Below, piece after piece: positions 43,640-53,324 of a stretch of DNA of 64,000 bases; position 1 is the first letter of the stretch; each line of letters starts with the position of its first letter. The notes under the pieces are model-generated. The model was not told the DNA's origin, searched no databases, and was given only the letters and a program-made list of their open reading frames with translations. The DNA comes from an uncultured virus (IMG/VR IMGVR_UViG_3300032286_001748) (lineage: Duplodnaviria > Heunggongvirae > Uroviricota > Caudoviricetes), in the IMG/VR virus record IMGVR_UViG_3300032286_001748. The stretch is one strand, 5' to 3'. The translations under genes were made by a program, and so were the position numbers.

Positions 43640-45451
43640 TCACCGGGCGGTGCGACGTTCGCGCGCGCCGCGGATGGCGCCGTGCGCCGTGCCCGTCACC
43701 GCATCGCCCACCGCGAGGCCCGCGTCCACGATGCGCTCCTTGCCCACCAGCGCGCCGACGCCGAAGAGCGCGGTGCCGATGAGGAGGGCCTGGAAGGGGT
43801 GCGACATCACGGCCTGGCCGATGGTGGGCTCGGTCTCGCCCATGAGCGCGCCGAGCATGTCCTCCTCGCCGCGGAGGTTGCCGCGCCGGGCCTCGATCGC
43901 CCGGCGCTGGGCCGCAGGCATGACCGAGAGGCCCGCCGCACGACGGGCCTCGCGCTGCGCGATGACCGCCTTGGACAGGACCGGAAGGCCACGGGCCTGA
44001 CGGGCGGCGCGGATGGGGTGAGCCGCGTCGTAGGCCGCCTTGCGGGCCGCCGCCGCTTCCTGCGCGCGACGGGCCGCGTTGGTCGTGGGGATCGCCGGGC
44101 TCGGACGCGCGGGGGCGCGGGCGGGGGGGCGGTTCACAACCGAGGTGACGGCCTTGGTGGGGGTCGCGTACTTCGCGCTGAACTGCTGGATGCGCGCCAT
44201 CGGGACCGAACGCGTAACCGGGATCATCCCGCCCGCCGGGAGACGGCGAACGACAACCGGCTTGCCCGCGCGCTGACGCGCCAAGCGACGGTTGATCTCC
44301 GCCTTCATCAGCGCGCGCACCCAGGGCTTGCGGACCGGGTTGGACGCGATCTGGCGAAGACGATTCATCGGGAGGTAGGGGATGGACGCGATGAGCTGGT
44401 CGCGGGTGTACTTGGCTCCCTTCGCGGCACGACCGATGAGGAAGGCCACGAGGCCCGGCCCACCGAACGCCAGAGAAGCGAGGAGCGCACCCGGCTTTAC
44501 CGGACCCGCCGCAGCGCCGTACGCGTCCGCGAGGAGAGCCTCGTCCCCGTTGGCCTCGACGAACTCCAGGAAGTCGTCCACGCCCATGCCGTCTTCGATG
44601 TACTCGGAGCCGTAGTCGACGTAGAGGTCCGCACCGTACTCAGAACCGGTCCGATCCTCGCTGTCGGACTCCTCCAGCTCCTTGTCGTCCATCACATCCT
44701 CATCCACGTCGGCAGCCTCGACCCGCGCACGGCGCTTCGCTGCGATCTTCGCCTTCTTCTTCCTACGACGCGCCAGCTCCGCACGCGCCCCGGCGCGGAT
44801 CGAACTCTTCCGGAACGGGTCCTTGGAGATCGCCCGGAGCTTCTTGTCCGTCAGATCCATCAGATCTGCCGTGTCCAGGCCAAGGGCGTCCTCGTCGGCA
44901 CCGTAGTCGACGTAGTCCTCGCCCATGAGGTCGTCGTCGTCGAGGCCGTCCTCCTCGAGGCCGTCCTCCTCAAGTTCGTCGAGTTCGTCCTCGCCCATCT
45001 CGTCGTCCTCGCCCAGCTCGTCCTCGCCGTAGTCAACGTAGTCCTCGCCCAGGTCGTCGTCCTCCCCGAGGTCGTCGTCCTCCCCGAGGTCGTCGTCCTC
45101 CCCGAGGTCGTCGTCCTCCCCGAGGTCGTCGTCCTCGCCCAGGTCGTCGTCTTCCCCGAGGTCGTCGTCTTCCCCGAGGTCGTCGTCCTCGCCCAGGTCG
45201 TCATCTTCCCCGAGGTCGTCGTCCTCCCCGAGATCGTCGTCCTCGCCCAGGTCGTCGTCCTCGCCCAGGTCGTCGTCTTCCCCGAGGTCGTCGTCTTCCC
45301 CGAGATCGTCGTCCTCACCGAGGTCGTCATCCTCGCCAAGATCGTCGTCTTCCCCGAGGTCGTCGTCCTCGCCAAAGGTGTTGAGCAGCTCGTCGAGACC
45401 CATCGAGGAATCGAGTGCGCCGAGGAGGGTACGGTCCAGAGTGTCAGCCAT
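43640..45451 (-). CDS. Very acidic repeat protein with basic C-terminal half (scaffold or core candidate)
   Basis: 18 x GEDDDL, two copies of a roughly 30-aa helical motif, two hydrophobic segments. Confidence 0.8.
   Translation of the reverse strand: MADTLDRTLLGALDSSMGLDELLNTFGEDDDLGEDDDLGEDDDLGEDDDLGEDDDLGEDDDLGEDDDLGEDDDLGEDDDLGEDDDLGEDDDLGEDDDLGEDDDLGEDDDLGEDDDLGEDDDLGEDDDLGEDDDLGEDYVDYGEDELGEDDEMGEDELDELEEDGLEEDGLDDDDLMGEDYVDYGADEDALGLDTADLMDLTDKKLRAISKDPFRKSSIRAGARAELARRRKKKAKIAAKRRARVEAADVDEDVMDDKELEESDSEDRTGSEYGADLYVDYGSEYIEDGMGVDDFLEFVEANGDEALLADAYGAAAGPVKPGALLASLAFGGPGLVAFLIGRAAKGAKYTRDQLIASIPYLPMNRLRQIASNPVRKPWVRALMKAEINRRLARQRAGKPVVVRRLPAGGMIPVTRSVPMARIQQFSAKYATPTKAVTSVVNRPPARAPARPSPAIPTTNAARRAQEAAAARKAAYDAAHPIRAARQARGLPVLSKAVIAQREARRAAGLSVMPAAQRRAIEARRGNLRGEEDMLGALMGETEPTIGQAVMSHPFQALLIGTALFGVGALVGKERIVDAGLAVGDAVTGTAHGAIRGARERRTAR
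45050..45373 (-). repeat. 18 tandem 18-bp coding repeats (GEDDDL)
   Basis: 324 bp; the units differ only at synonymous positions. Confidence 0.95.
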
Positions 45452-45460
45452 GGGAGGCTC

Positions 45461-45745
45461 CTACGAGGGTTTCTTGCCACCAAGGGCTTTGAAGTTGAGA
45501 TCGACTCCACGCTCGCTAATCCGGTCAAGCGATGCGCTCAACTCGGAGGAGACGATGTGGGCTTCCTTGACGAGAGAGGAGAGGAGATCACGATCGACCG
45601 GATCGAAGGAGGCCACAACCCGAATCTTGAGCGCGTCCCGCCGCGAGGCCGACTCAAGGAACCAGAAGGCGCCCCCCAAGACAACGGTAGCCCCGAGCGC
45701 CGAAGCCCCGACAAGGACCATCCGATCACGAAGCCGCGCGTCCAT
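45461..45745 (-). CDS. Small N-terminal TM protein
   Basis: MVLVGASALGATVVLGGAFWFL. Confidence 0.65.
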   Translation of the reverse strand: MDARLRDRMVLVGASALGATVVLGGAFWFLESASRRDALKIRVVASFDPVDRDLLSSLVKEAHIVSSELSASLDRISERGVDLNFKALGGKKPS

Positions 45746-45749
45746 TCGC

Positions 45750-46001
45750 TCAGGCTCTCCGAGAGAGCATGTATCCGATCCCTGCACCCGTACCCAACCC
45801 GAGGAGGGAGACGGCGAGAAGCGGGAGAAGGCCAGCGCCCGGCGGCGGCGGCGGCGGCGGCGGAGGAACCACGATGACCGGAGCGACCGGAGTTGGCTCC
45901 TTCCTCGCGACTACGTCCTTGATCGCCTTGGCCGCGACCAGAGGGACGATCCCGAACGCAGGATCTCCCCCCAGCAGCCGGTCGATCTGGCCGTTCGTCA
46001 T
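45750..46001 (-). CDS. Small poly-Pro protein with C-terminal TM
   Basis: P8 run then LLPLLAVSLLGLGTGAGIGYML. Confidence 0.7.
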   Translation of the reverse strand: MTNGQIDRLLGGDPAFGIVPLVAAKAIKDVVARKEPTPVAPVIVVPPPPPPPPPGAGLLPLLAVSLLGLGTGAGIGYMLSRRA

Positions 46002-46522
46002 CGCGTGCGCCCGAAGGCGTAGCCAATCCCGACGCCGACACCGACCGCGACCAGCCCGACCAACGCGAGCTGGATCGGGGAGGCCCCCGCAGGAGCCGCA
46101 GGGGCCGCAGGCGCCTGCACAACGATGGGGGCGGGGGCGGCAGCCGCCTGCTTCTTCGAGGCCAGCTCCATGGCGCGCGCCGCGACCTTCTCGGCCTTCG
46201 ACGTTCCCGACTCATCCTTCTTGAAGAAGGACGCGATCTGCTTTCCGATGGGACGCCCGTCCGCGGGCGGCTTCGCCCTCTTGACGGGGGCGGGCGGGAC
46301 GGGCGACGAGGCAGGAGCCTGGGCGATCACCTCTGCCCCGTAGAACCCCATGGACATCATGGGCGCAGAGAGGGACGCCATGGCGAGGCTGCCCCTGCGG
46401 GCGTCCTTCCGGCGCGCGTAGGGGCCCGGTGCCGGGTACACCACCTCGAGCATCTCCGCAGGCGGATGCCACGTCGGCGTCGGGGGCCAGGCGGCCTGGT
46501 AGACGGGCGGGTAGGCATACAT
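45998..46522 (-). CDS. Pro/Ala-rich protein with C-terminal TM
   Basis: Ends LALVGLVAVGVGVGIGYAFGRTR, similar to the tail of the next gene. Confidence 0.7.
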   Translation of the reverse strand: MYAYPPVYQAAWPPTPTWHPPAEMLEVVYPAPGPYARRKDARRGSLAMASLSAPMMSMGFYGAEVIAQAPASSPVPPAPVKRAKPPADGRPIGKQIASFFKKDESGTSKAEKVAARAMELASKKQAAAAPAPIVVQAPAAPAAPAGASPIQLALVGLVAVGVGVGIGYAFGRTR

Positions 46523-46523
46523 C

Positions 46524-48536
46524 TCAGACCTTCCATTCGGCGCGCATGACGGCGACCGTATCCGGACCCACCACGCCCTGCGCCTTGAGCCCGCCCACCT
46601 TCTTCTGGAACGCGATGACCGCAGCCTGGGTGGCGGGACCGAAGTTCCCATCCTCCTCGATGCCCGCGCCCTCGTTCTGGTTCAAGAGCTGCTGGAGGAA
46701 GCGGATCTCCCCGTTGGGGACCTTCCCGCCGATGCTCGTGTCCTTCATCCCCTTCTTGAGGTAGAGCGCGCCCGTGAGGGGGAACGCGGCGGCCGCGGGG
46801 GCTGCCTTCTGGGAGGCAGAGACCGCCTTCCAGGACGTGCTGTCGAACGCCTTCTCGTAGGCGGCCTTGCCCGCGGCGCGCACCGCGCCGCGCGCGGCGC
46901 GCAGCTCCATGCGCTGATCCGAGATCTCCTTGTCGTACTGCGCGATGAGCGTCGGATCGGAGGTCTTCGCGCGCTTCTGCTCCGCGCGTTGAAGACGCGT
47001 CTGCGCGAGGATCTCCCGCTTCTTCGCAACCCCCTGCACCTCGCGCTCCGCCTTACGCGCGGCGGCCGCCGCCTTGCCAGCCTGCGACATCCGCTTGGAG
47101 TCCCGTGCGCCCGTCGAGAAGAGGTTGCGGAAGAACTCGCCCAGCGACTGGAAGAACCCACCGAACGCATCCTCGGAACGGACGGCGTAGGCCAGCATGG
47201 CCTCGCTGTCCGCGCCGAGCGTAGCCGCGCGGTTCTGGAAGTGACGCACGAAGCGCCGACGCGCCGGGGTCACCCCGTTGTAGCTCTTGAGGTACTCCTC
47301 CTCGTTGTAGGCCTTCGGGGCCGTCGCCACGCCCTCGGTGTCCGACGACGCGCTCTCCGCGTCGGGGGCCGCATCCTCGGACTCCGCGTCCGGGGAGGAG
47401 CCGGCACGACGCGCCAGCTCGGCCTTCGCGGCCGCGCGGACATCCTTGCGGCGCAGCACGTCCTTGGAGATCGCACGGAGGCGAGCCTCGGGGAGGGTCT
47501 TGAACTTCTCCTGCATCGCGCGGAGGCGCTTGGTCTTCGGATCGACCGCCTCCTCGTCGCCCTCTTCCTCGCGGCGCGACAGCTCGGCCCGCGCCGCCTC
47601 GCGGACCTCCTTCTTGCGGAGCGCGTCGTTGGCGATGGCCTTGACCTTCTTCGTCGAGAGGGTCTTGAGCTTCGTGCTCATCACCGCCACGCGCTCTTCG
47701 GCGCCGTAGTCGGTGAGCTGGTCGAAGAGGGCGACCTCGCTCTCCTCCACGTTCACACGCGCGTCTTCGGCGCGCCAGACGGCCCTTGAGCCGGACTGAA
47801 GGGCCTTGGCCTTGGCGATGAGCATCTGGAGGGTCGCGCGGATCTGTGCCCGAACCGGGCCCGGCTTCGTGGTCTCCAGCTTCGCGCGAAGGGCTCGGAT
47901 CTCCTTACGGGCTGCGGTTTCAGAGGCCGAAGCGACAGCCCCCATGCGCTCCGCGCAGTCCGCGCCGAACACGGAGTCGAGGTCGCCCCCGAAGGCGTGA
48001 GACGCCGCGCCGAGGTACGCCAGCGCATCGCTGAAGTCGGTGTCGTCCGCGCCCATGGTGTCGCTGGACGTGTAGAGCTGGGAGAGGAGCTTGTTCATCA
48101 CGTCCTCCCGCTGGGACGCGGAGAGGCTCTCCTCGTACGCCTTGCGGCGGAGCAGACGCGTCTCCTCGGGAGAGTAGTAGCCGAAGCCGTCCGCGGTGTG
48201 CGAGGCCCGCACGGCCCCGATGACGTTGGCCTCGAGCGCGAGGGCCTCGTTCTCTTCCTCGGCGGCCGCCTCCGCGCCCATCCGAGCGAGGGGGTGGTAG
48301 CCGAGGGTCGAAGCCTTCGCGGCCGCGCCGCGGAGGCGGTCCGCACGACGGCGGCGGATGTCGGCCTGCGCGAGCGCCTCCTGGGCCCCCTGCACGAACG
48401 CACGCGCCTCTGGGCTGCCCTGGTCGGCCTTCTTCGCCAGCACGCGGGCTGCGATGAGATCCCGCGCAGCGCCCACCCGAACGATGTCCGTGGGGGACGA
48501 GGGGGAGACGAGGTAGGACAGGAGATCAGACGACAT
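46524..48536 (-). CDS. Large helical protein with C-terminal peptidoglycan-binding domain
   Basis: LKKG...EIRFLQQLLN...DGNFGPATQAAVIAFQ...GVVGPDT (PG_binding_1 pattern). Confidence 0.85.
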   Translation of the reverse strand: MSSDLLSYLVSPSSPTDIVRVGAARDLIAARVLAKKADQGSPEARAFVQGAQEALAQADIRRRRADRLRGAAAKASTLGYHPLARMGAEAAAEEENEALALEANVIGAVRASHTADGFGYYSPEETRLLRRKAYEESLSASQREDVMNKLLSQLYTSSDTMGADDTDFSDALAYLGAASHAFGGDLDSVFGADCAERMGAVASASETAARKEIRALRAKLETTKPGPVRAQIRATLQMLIAKAKALQSGSRAVWRAEDARVNVEESEVALFDQLTDYGAEERVAVMSTKLKTLSTKKVKAIANDALRKKEVREAARAELSRREEEGDEEAVDPKTKRLRAMQEKFKTLPEARLRAISKDVLRRKDVRAAAKAELARRAGSSPDAESEDAAPDAESASSDTEGVATAPKAYNEEEYLKSYNGVTPARRRFVRHFQNRAATLGADSEAMLAYAVRSEDAFGGFFQSLGEFFRNLFSTGARDSKRMSQAGKAAAAARKAEREVQGVAKKREILAQTRLQRAEQKRAKTSDPTLIAQYDKEISDQRMELRAARGAVRAAGKAAYEKAFDSTSWKAVSASQKAAPAAAAFPLTGALYLKKGMKDTSIGGKVPNGEIRFLQQLLNQNEGAGIEEDGNFGPATQAAVIAFQKKVGGLKAQGVVGPDTVAVMRAEWKV

Positions 48537-48638
48537 GCAGCCACCGGGAGAGAGGGGGTGGGGAGAAGAAGAACGGGGGCGTCGGGCGGAGGAGCCTGAC
48601 GCCCCCGGAAGGGTCCTGCGGAGCAGGGCCTGTCGGGA

Positions 48639-49454
48639 CTACCGGTTGGCCGCGCCCTTCTGGGACTTCTTGCTCTGGCGCTTCACGTCCTGGAACTTGA
48701 CCTGGCGGGGAGCGCCCTTCTCGCGCAGCTTCTTCGCCTTGTCGGTGTTCAGGAACGCGACGACGCGCTGCTGCTCCGCAAGGGAGAGCTGGTTGAACGG
48801 GGTCGCGCCCTGACCGGGGACCGCGGCCACGCGCGTCGGGATGCGCTTGGACTTCTTGATCATGTAGGGCATCTTCTGGCCCTGGATCTGCACGAAGACC
48901 TGCTTGACCGACTTGCGGGTCTTGCGGGCCTTGCTGGTGATGCGAGCATCCGCGTAGATCTCCGCGAACTGCTCATAGAGGGTGCGGGTGTCGATCTGCG
49001 GGAAGCCCTTGGGCGCCTTCAAGAGCTTGGGGGACGTGAGCTTGACCCCGCCGCGCGTCTGGCGGGCCACCAGCGTCTTCGCCTTGATGGCACGCTGGAT
49101 CTTGTCGACGCGAGCGCGAAGCGCCTTCGGGATGGTCGTGCTGGCGGCCTTACCGCCCTTGCCGCTGACGCGGCTCCGGCTCTTGCGGCTCGTGCGCGTC
49201 TTCTTGGACTGGCGCTTGGCGCTGGTGCGCTGAGCCTTGGCCTGGGACTGGGCCTTGGCCTGGGCCTTGGCCTGCACCTTCGCCTGGGGGGCGACGCTCT
49301 TCAGCTCGGCGATGAGTTCGGCCTTGGTCATGGACGCGGCGTTGGCGATCATCGCCTGCTTGGCGGCCTGGGGAGCGGGAGCGGACTTGACGAGGGAGAT
49401 GAACTTCTTGCGAAGGGTCTCGACTTTCTGGTTCTGGAGTGCAACAGCGGGCAT
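48639..49454 (-). CDS. Highly basic Lys/Arg-rich protein (DNA-condensing candidate)
   Basis: SAKRQSKKTRTSRKSRSR, QAKAQAKAQ linker, few acidic residues. Confidence 0.75.
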   Translation of the reverse strand: MPAVALQNQKVETLRKKFISLVKSAPAPQAAKQAMIANAASMTKAELIAELKSVAPQAKVQAKAQAKAQSQAKAQRTSAKRQSKKTRTSRKSRSRVSGKGGKAASTTIPKALRARVDKIQRAIKAKTLVARQTRGGVKLTSPKLLKAPKGFPQIDTRTLYEQFAEIYADARITSKARKTRKSVKQVFVQIQGQKMPYMIKKSKRIPTRVAAVPGQGATPFNQLSLAEQQRVVAFLNTDKAKKLREKGAPRQVKFQDVKRQSKKSQKGAANR

Positions 49455-49514
49455 GGGAGAGTCTCCGAGGAGGAGGAAGCGCCAGAGGCGCGAGTGGTGA
49501 AGCGTCCGAGAACG

Positions 49515-49910
49515 CTACGGGACCGGGGCCGTGAGGCACCGGGAGATCAGGTCGGACTTGGTGAGCCGCAGCAACCGGGTGGTCTCCGCGTCTACCTTGT
49601 CCGGGGGGCAGGCCTGCCGAGCCAGGATCTGCTCCACGATCTGCAGCTTCGTCAACGCCGCGAGCGAACCCGCGTCGTACGAAGACGGCTCTGCGGCCGA
49701 AGCCTCAGAGACGGGAGAGACATCCCCCGAAGGGGTGTCCTCGGAGGCCTGCGGCAGCGCCTCCTCCTCCATGGAAGGGGAACCGAGGGAGTGCTCGGAA
49801 CGGTTCCCCTCTTCAACTGGAGAGATCTCCAGCGAAGCGAAATGCGCGCGCAAGCGGGCCGCGGTTTCAGCGGCCTCGCTCAGCGTCAGCGCGAGAAGCT
49901 CTGGATTCAT
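49515..49910 (-). CDS. Hypothetical acidic protein
   Basis: MNPELLALTL, ATGA-coupled; duplicated LTK.(Q/D)(I/L) helix at the C-terminus. Confidence 0.6.
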   Translation of the reverse strand: MNPELLALTLSEAAETAARLRAHFASLEISPVEEGNRSEHSLGSPSMEEEALPQASEDTPSGDVSPVSEASAAEPSSYDAGSLAALTKLQIVEQILARQACPPDKVDAETTRLLRLTKSDLISRCLTAPVP

Positions 49911-50326
49911 CGACGGATGGCTCCGATAAGCGGAAGTAGCATGGAGCCAAGCGCAAGTCCACCCACGGCCACAACCTTCTGACCGGTGTCGGAACGCGCC
50001 ATGTCGAGCGCCGTCTGGAACGCCGGAGCCGCCTGCCCGAACAGCGTCTCCATCACGACGTCCTGCTGGCGCTCCGTGAGCAGAGGCTTCGACGCACGCG
50101 AAGGCGGGGGCGTGCGCGGACGCGACGGAGCCGGAGGCGCTGAACGCGCAGCCGCCGCCTCCTCCTCCTCGATCCACGGGTCGCTGTAGACCGACGCCTG
50201 ACGCTGGGCGCGATGCATGGAACGCACCGCGCGCTGGGCACGCTGGGAACGAAGGTCAACCTCCCCCCGCCGGAGGCCGCGCACGATGGCCGCGTCCTCC
50301 TGCTCCCGCTCGTCTGCGTCCCTCAT
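49907..50326 (-). CDS. Protein with C-terminal TM
   Basis: MRDADEREQED...VVAVGGLALGSMLLPLIGAIRR; ATGA-coupled. Confidence 0.65.
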   Translation of the reverse strand: MRDADEREQEDAAIVRGLRRGEVDLRSQRAQRAVRSMHRAQRQASVYSDPWIEEEEAAAARSAPPAPSRPRTPPPSRASKPLLTERQQDVVMETLFGQAAPAFQTALDMARSDTGQKVVAVGGLALGSMLLPLIGAIRR

Positions 50327-52263
50327 GCGCCGTAGACCTCGGCGCCCACCCGGCGGGGAGGGGGAAGCGGGGAACCCTGCCCGTCCGGGTAGGCGTTCGC
50401 CGCGCCGTAGAAGACCGGCCCGTAGACCGCGTCCTCCGCCTCGTTCATCGTCGCCACCAACGTTGAGGCCGAGCCCTCCACGAGCAGGCCGAGGAGGTCT
50501 TCGTCTGACCCGTAGAGCACGGGTCCGTACAGCGCCTCCTCCACGTTGTTCATGTAGGCAACGTCCGAATCGTCCTGACCGAGGTAGTCCGAGATCGACG
50601 TGTGGGCCGTCATCACGGCGACCGCGTCCGGAACGTCGTACCCGGTCGGGACGCGACGAACCTCCTCTTCGTAGATCAGATCGAGCAGATCGCTGGACGC
50701 GCCCGTCTTGCGCTGGATGCCGATCACGATGACCGGCTCCGCGCCGTAGGTGCCCGAGCACGGGGCGAGGCGCGCGTAGTTCACGCTGCCGTTGGGCGCC
50801 ACCGAACGCAGGGCGTCCGTGATCTGGGTGAGGAGCTTCGTGGCGCGCTGGGTCTTCTCCAGCACGTCCTTGCCCTCCCGCACGGAGCGAAGCTCCGAGA
50901 CGGAGGGGAGAAGGACCCGGCGCTGGAGATTGGCCGCCTTCGCCTGCGCCGTGTCCATCTGCGCGGGCGCAGCCGACGCCTTCGGCTTCTCCTCGTCCTC
51001 GTCCACCTCGTCCTCGTCCACCTCGTCCTCGAGCCCGATCTTGGCGAGGTGAGCCGCGTTCATCTGCGAACGTGCCTTCCGGCGGATCTGGCGGGCAAGC
51101 GCCGGGCGAACCGCGCCCATCTGCTCCGCGAGACCGAGGAGACGCTCGGACGAGACCACCCCGTCGAGCAGATCCACCAGGGCCGGCGCGGAGAGCCCAT
51201 CCATCCCCTCGGCACCGAAGGCCGCGAGACGATCGCCCACGCCGCGCCCGAAGAGCGCGCGGAAGTCGGAGCTGGTGAACTCCACGTCCTCGCCACCGTC
51301 GATCCCGTAGTAGTCGTGCTCCATCGCGCTGAACAGGTAGCCGATGGTCTCCGCGCGGAGATCGGAGGCCAGATCTTCCTGGCCGACCGCGTAGTCCGAG
51401 GCCCCATAGTAGCAGGTGCCCCCGTAGCTCGGGGTAGACGTGGACAGCTCCTCCTCCAACGCAGCCTGGTCACGGAAGTAGGCCTCGCTGACCTTCTTGG
51501 AGACAGGCGTGTACGTCGAAGAGGCCGGCGGGACGACCGGGGCGACCGGAGCCGTCACGGTCGGCGGGGTGACCGTGGGCGCGACGAGCGAAGGCGCGTA
51601 GGCCGGCGTCACCGAAGTCGAGGCGGCCGAAGGAAGGGTAGACGGGTGGCGCGTCAAGATCTGAACGCGCGGAGGTGCAGGAACCCTGCGCGCGCGGGGC
51701 GGCCCGCGGAACCCGAGCAACTCGGCCTCCAGGCGACCCGGAGGGACGAGCCCCTGACGGTTCACGCCCAGCGTGCCCATGCGCGCCCAGATCCGCTTGA
51801 GGCGAAGGAGCGCGCGGCCCGCCACGTTCTTCCGGTTCTGCGTCTCCGAGAGGCCCGCCGTGAAGAGGGCGGCCGCCGCGCGGCCCGCCGTGAACCGGTT
51901 CGAGAGCCAGTACCGGAAGCGCTCGGTGACGCGCGCGTAGCGCGCCCGGAGCCGGGCCGTCTGGCCCGCCGTTGCGCCCAGCGCGTCCGCGCCCAGCGTG
52001 TCCGCGTACAGGCCCATCACGTCCGCGCCCAGCTCCGGAGCCGAATCGGCCGCGTACTCGACCGCGAGCGGGAAGGCGGTGAAGTCGTCCGGGAGCATCG
52101 CCGCCACCTCGGCACCCGAAAAGACCACACCATGCGTGGTTCGGGCGCCGGGCCGGAGAATGAGGGTGCTTCCGTAGTTCACGAGGTTGGAGACCGGGAA
52201 GGCTCCAAACGTACCCGAGAGGGCCGCGGAGATGCGCTCAATGTCGGTGTCAGTCAGTGCCAT
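50323..52263 (-). CDS. Large putative structural (poly)protein rich in [YFML]G[AS] motifs
   Basis: 646 aa; TGGAG RBS; many YG/LG/FG/MG-A sites. Confidence 0.8.
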   Translation of the reverse strand: MALTDTDIERISAALSGTFGAFPVSNLVNYGSTLILRPGARTTHGVVFSGAEVAAMLPDDFTAFPLAVEYAADSAPELGADVMGLYADTLGADALGATAGQTARLRARYARVTERFRYWLSNRFTAGRAAAALFTAGLSETQNRKNVAGRALLRLKRIWARMGTLGVNRQGLVPPGRLEAELLGFRGPPRARRVPAPPRVQILTRHPSTLPSAASTSVTPAYAPSLVAPTVTPPTVTAPVAPVVPPASSTYTPVSKKVSEAYFRDQAALEEELSTSTPSYGGTCYYGASDYAVGQEDLASDLRAETIGYLFSAMEHDYYGIDGGEDVEFTSSDFRALFGRGVGDRLAAFGAEGMDGLSAPALVDLLDGVVSSERLLGLAEQMGAVRPALARQIRRKARSQMNAAHLAKIGLEDEVDEDEVDEDEEKPKASAAPAQMDTAQAKAANLQRRVLLPSVSELRSVREGKDVLEKTQRATKLLTQITDALRSVAPNGSVNYARLAPCSGTYGAEPVIVIGIQRKTGASSDLLDLIYEEEVRRVPTGYDVPDAVAVMTAHTSISDYLGQDDSDVAYMNNVEEALYGPVLYGSDEDLLGLLVEGSASTLVATMNEAEDAVYGPVFYGAANAYPDGQGSPLPPPRRVGAEVYGA

Positions 52264-52299
52264 GCAGGACTCCAGACGCGGACATAGCCCGCGCGACGT

Positions 52300-52917
52300 T
52301 CAGATACCACGGAGGTGGAAGATGAAGGTGTTCGCCACGTTGCAGGACAGGGCAGACCAGAGCGCGTCCACACGCTCCCCGGCGGTCGCCGCATAGGCGA
52401 AGGTCGAGCCGAACTGGGGGATCTGGAAGGTCAAGACGCACGCGTTCTGGACCGTGATCGCCTCGCATCCCTCGGGAAGCTCGATCACCGATGCGGGGGC
52501 CGTGTAGGAGAGGAACGAGAGGAGCGGCGAGCGCCCCAGGATCTCGTAGACCCAGGTGAAGTAGAGCGTGCAGTCCGCGGGGATCGGCGTCACCGCACGC
52601 ACGTTGACGTGGGGATAGGAGCCGACGTGCAGCTCCGCGGAGAGCCCCTCTCCGACCGCAAAGACGCGGCGCGCGATGCCGCCGTAGGCGGTGCCGGCCT
52701 CGGCGTCGATCGTGACCGTGAGGCCGGGGGTGGCGCTCTCGTTCTTGAAGCTGATCGAAAGCCCCATCGGGCCGATACCATCGACGTTGACGGGCGGGCG
52801 CCCCTTCCAGAGGGCCGAGGTGTCAGTCTTAGGGCCTCGGAAGAGGCCGCCATCCCGCGCGCCACCCGCCAGCTCTTGCAGATTGGTCAGCGGGTATCGA
52901 ATCGGGAACTGGCTCAT
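52300..52917 (-). CDS. Beta-rich putative minor structural protein
   Basis: Short hydrophobic strands throughout; located within the structural operon. Confidence 0.65.
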   Translation of the reverse strand: MSQFPIRYPLTNLQELAGGARDGGLFRGPKTDTSALWKGRPPVNVDGIGPMGLSISFKNESATPGLTVTIDAEAGTAYGGIARRVFAVGEGLSAELHVGSYPHVNVRAVTPIPADCTLYFTWVYEILGRSPLLSFLSYTAPASVIELPEGCEAITVQNACVLTFQIPQFGSTFAYAATAGERVDALWSALSCNVANTFIFHLRGI

Positions 52918-53321
52918 CCGTTTCCTCCCATGCCAGCGGCACGGCTCGGGTCAAGAAGGCCCCACCGCTTCGTCTTGACGACGACGTGGTAGAGGTGGGG
53001 CCCGCTCTGGTAGACGTAGGTTCGGGCGTCTTCGCCCGCGAACATCATCTCGGCCGCCACGGCCGAGGACAGATCTTCGCAGTCCCCCTGCGCGGTGCCT
53101 CCGTTCGCGAGCTGGGCGACCAGCTCGTCCCACGTCTGCCAGTGTTCCCGTGGGTCGGCCCGCCTGTAGCGGACACGGCCCGACTGGATCCCGCGCAGGA
53201 TGGGCATCGCCTTCGGATTGGCGTTGACGTGACGCATCTGGCCGAGGTTGGCAGAGACGATCCCGTCCAAGAGGTTGGCGGCATCCCGTGTGGCGACCCG
53301 GATGTAGGGGGTGACAGGCAC
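52914..53321 (-). CDS. Transglutaminase-like cysteine protease (maturation protease candidate)
   Basis: GDCEDLS...YHVVV...LDPS Cys-His-Asp triad. Confidence 0.75.
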   Translation of the reverse strand: MPVTPYIRVATRDAANLLDGIVSANLGQMRHVNANPKAMPILRGIQSGRVRYRRADPREHWQTWDELVAQLANGGTAQGDCEDLSSAVAAEMMFAGEDARTYVYQSGPHLYHVVVKTKRWGLLDPSRAAGMGGNG

Positions 53322-53324
53322 AGG

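Noticed and set aside
45050..45373. Regular repeat array considered as a CRISPR array
   Set aside because: Contiguous 18-bp units without spacers, in frame, with synonymous variation; no cas genes seen.
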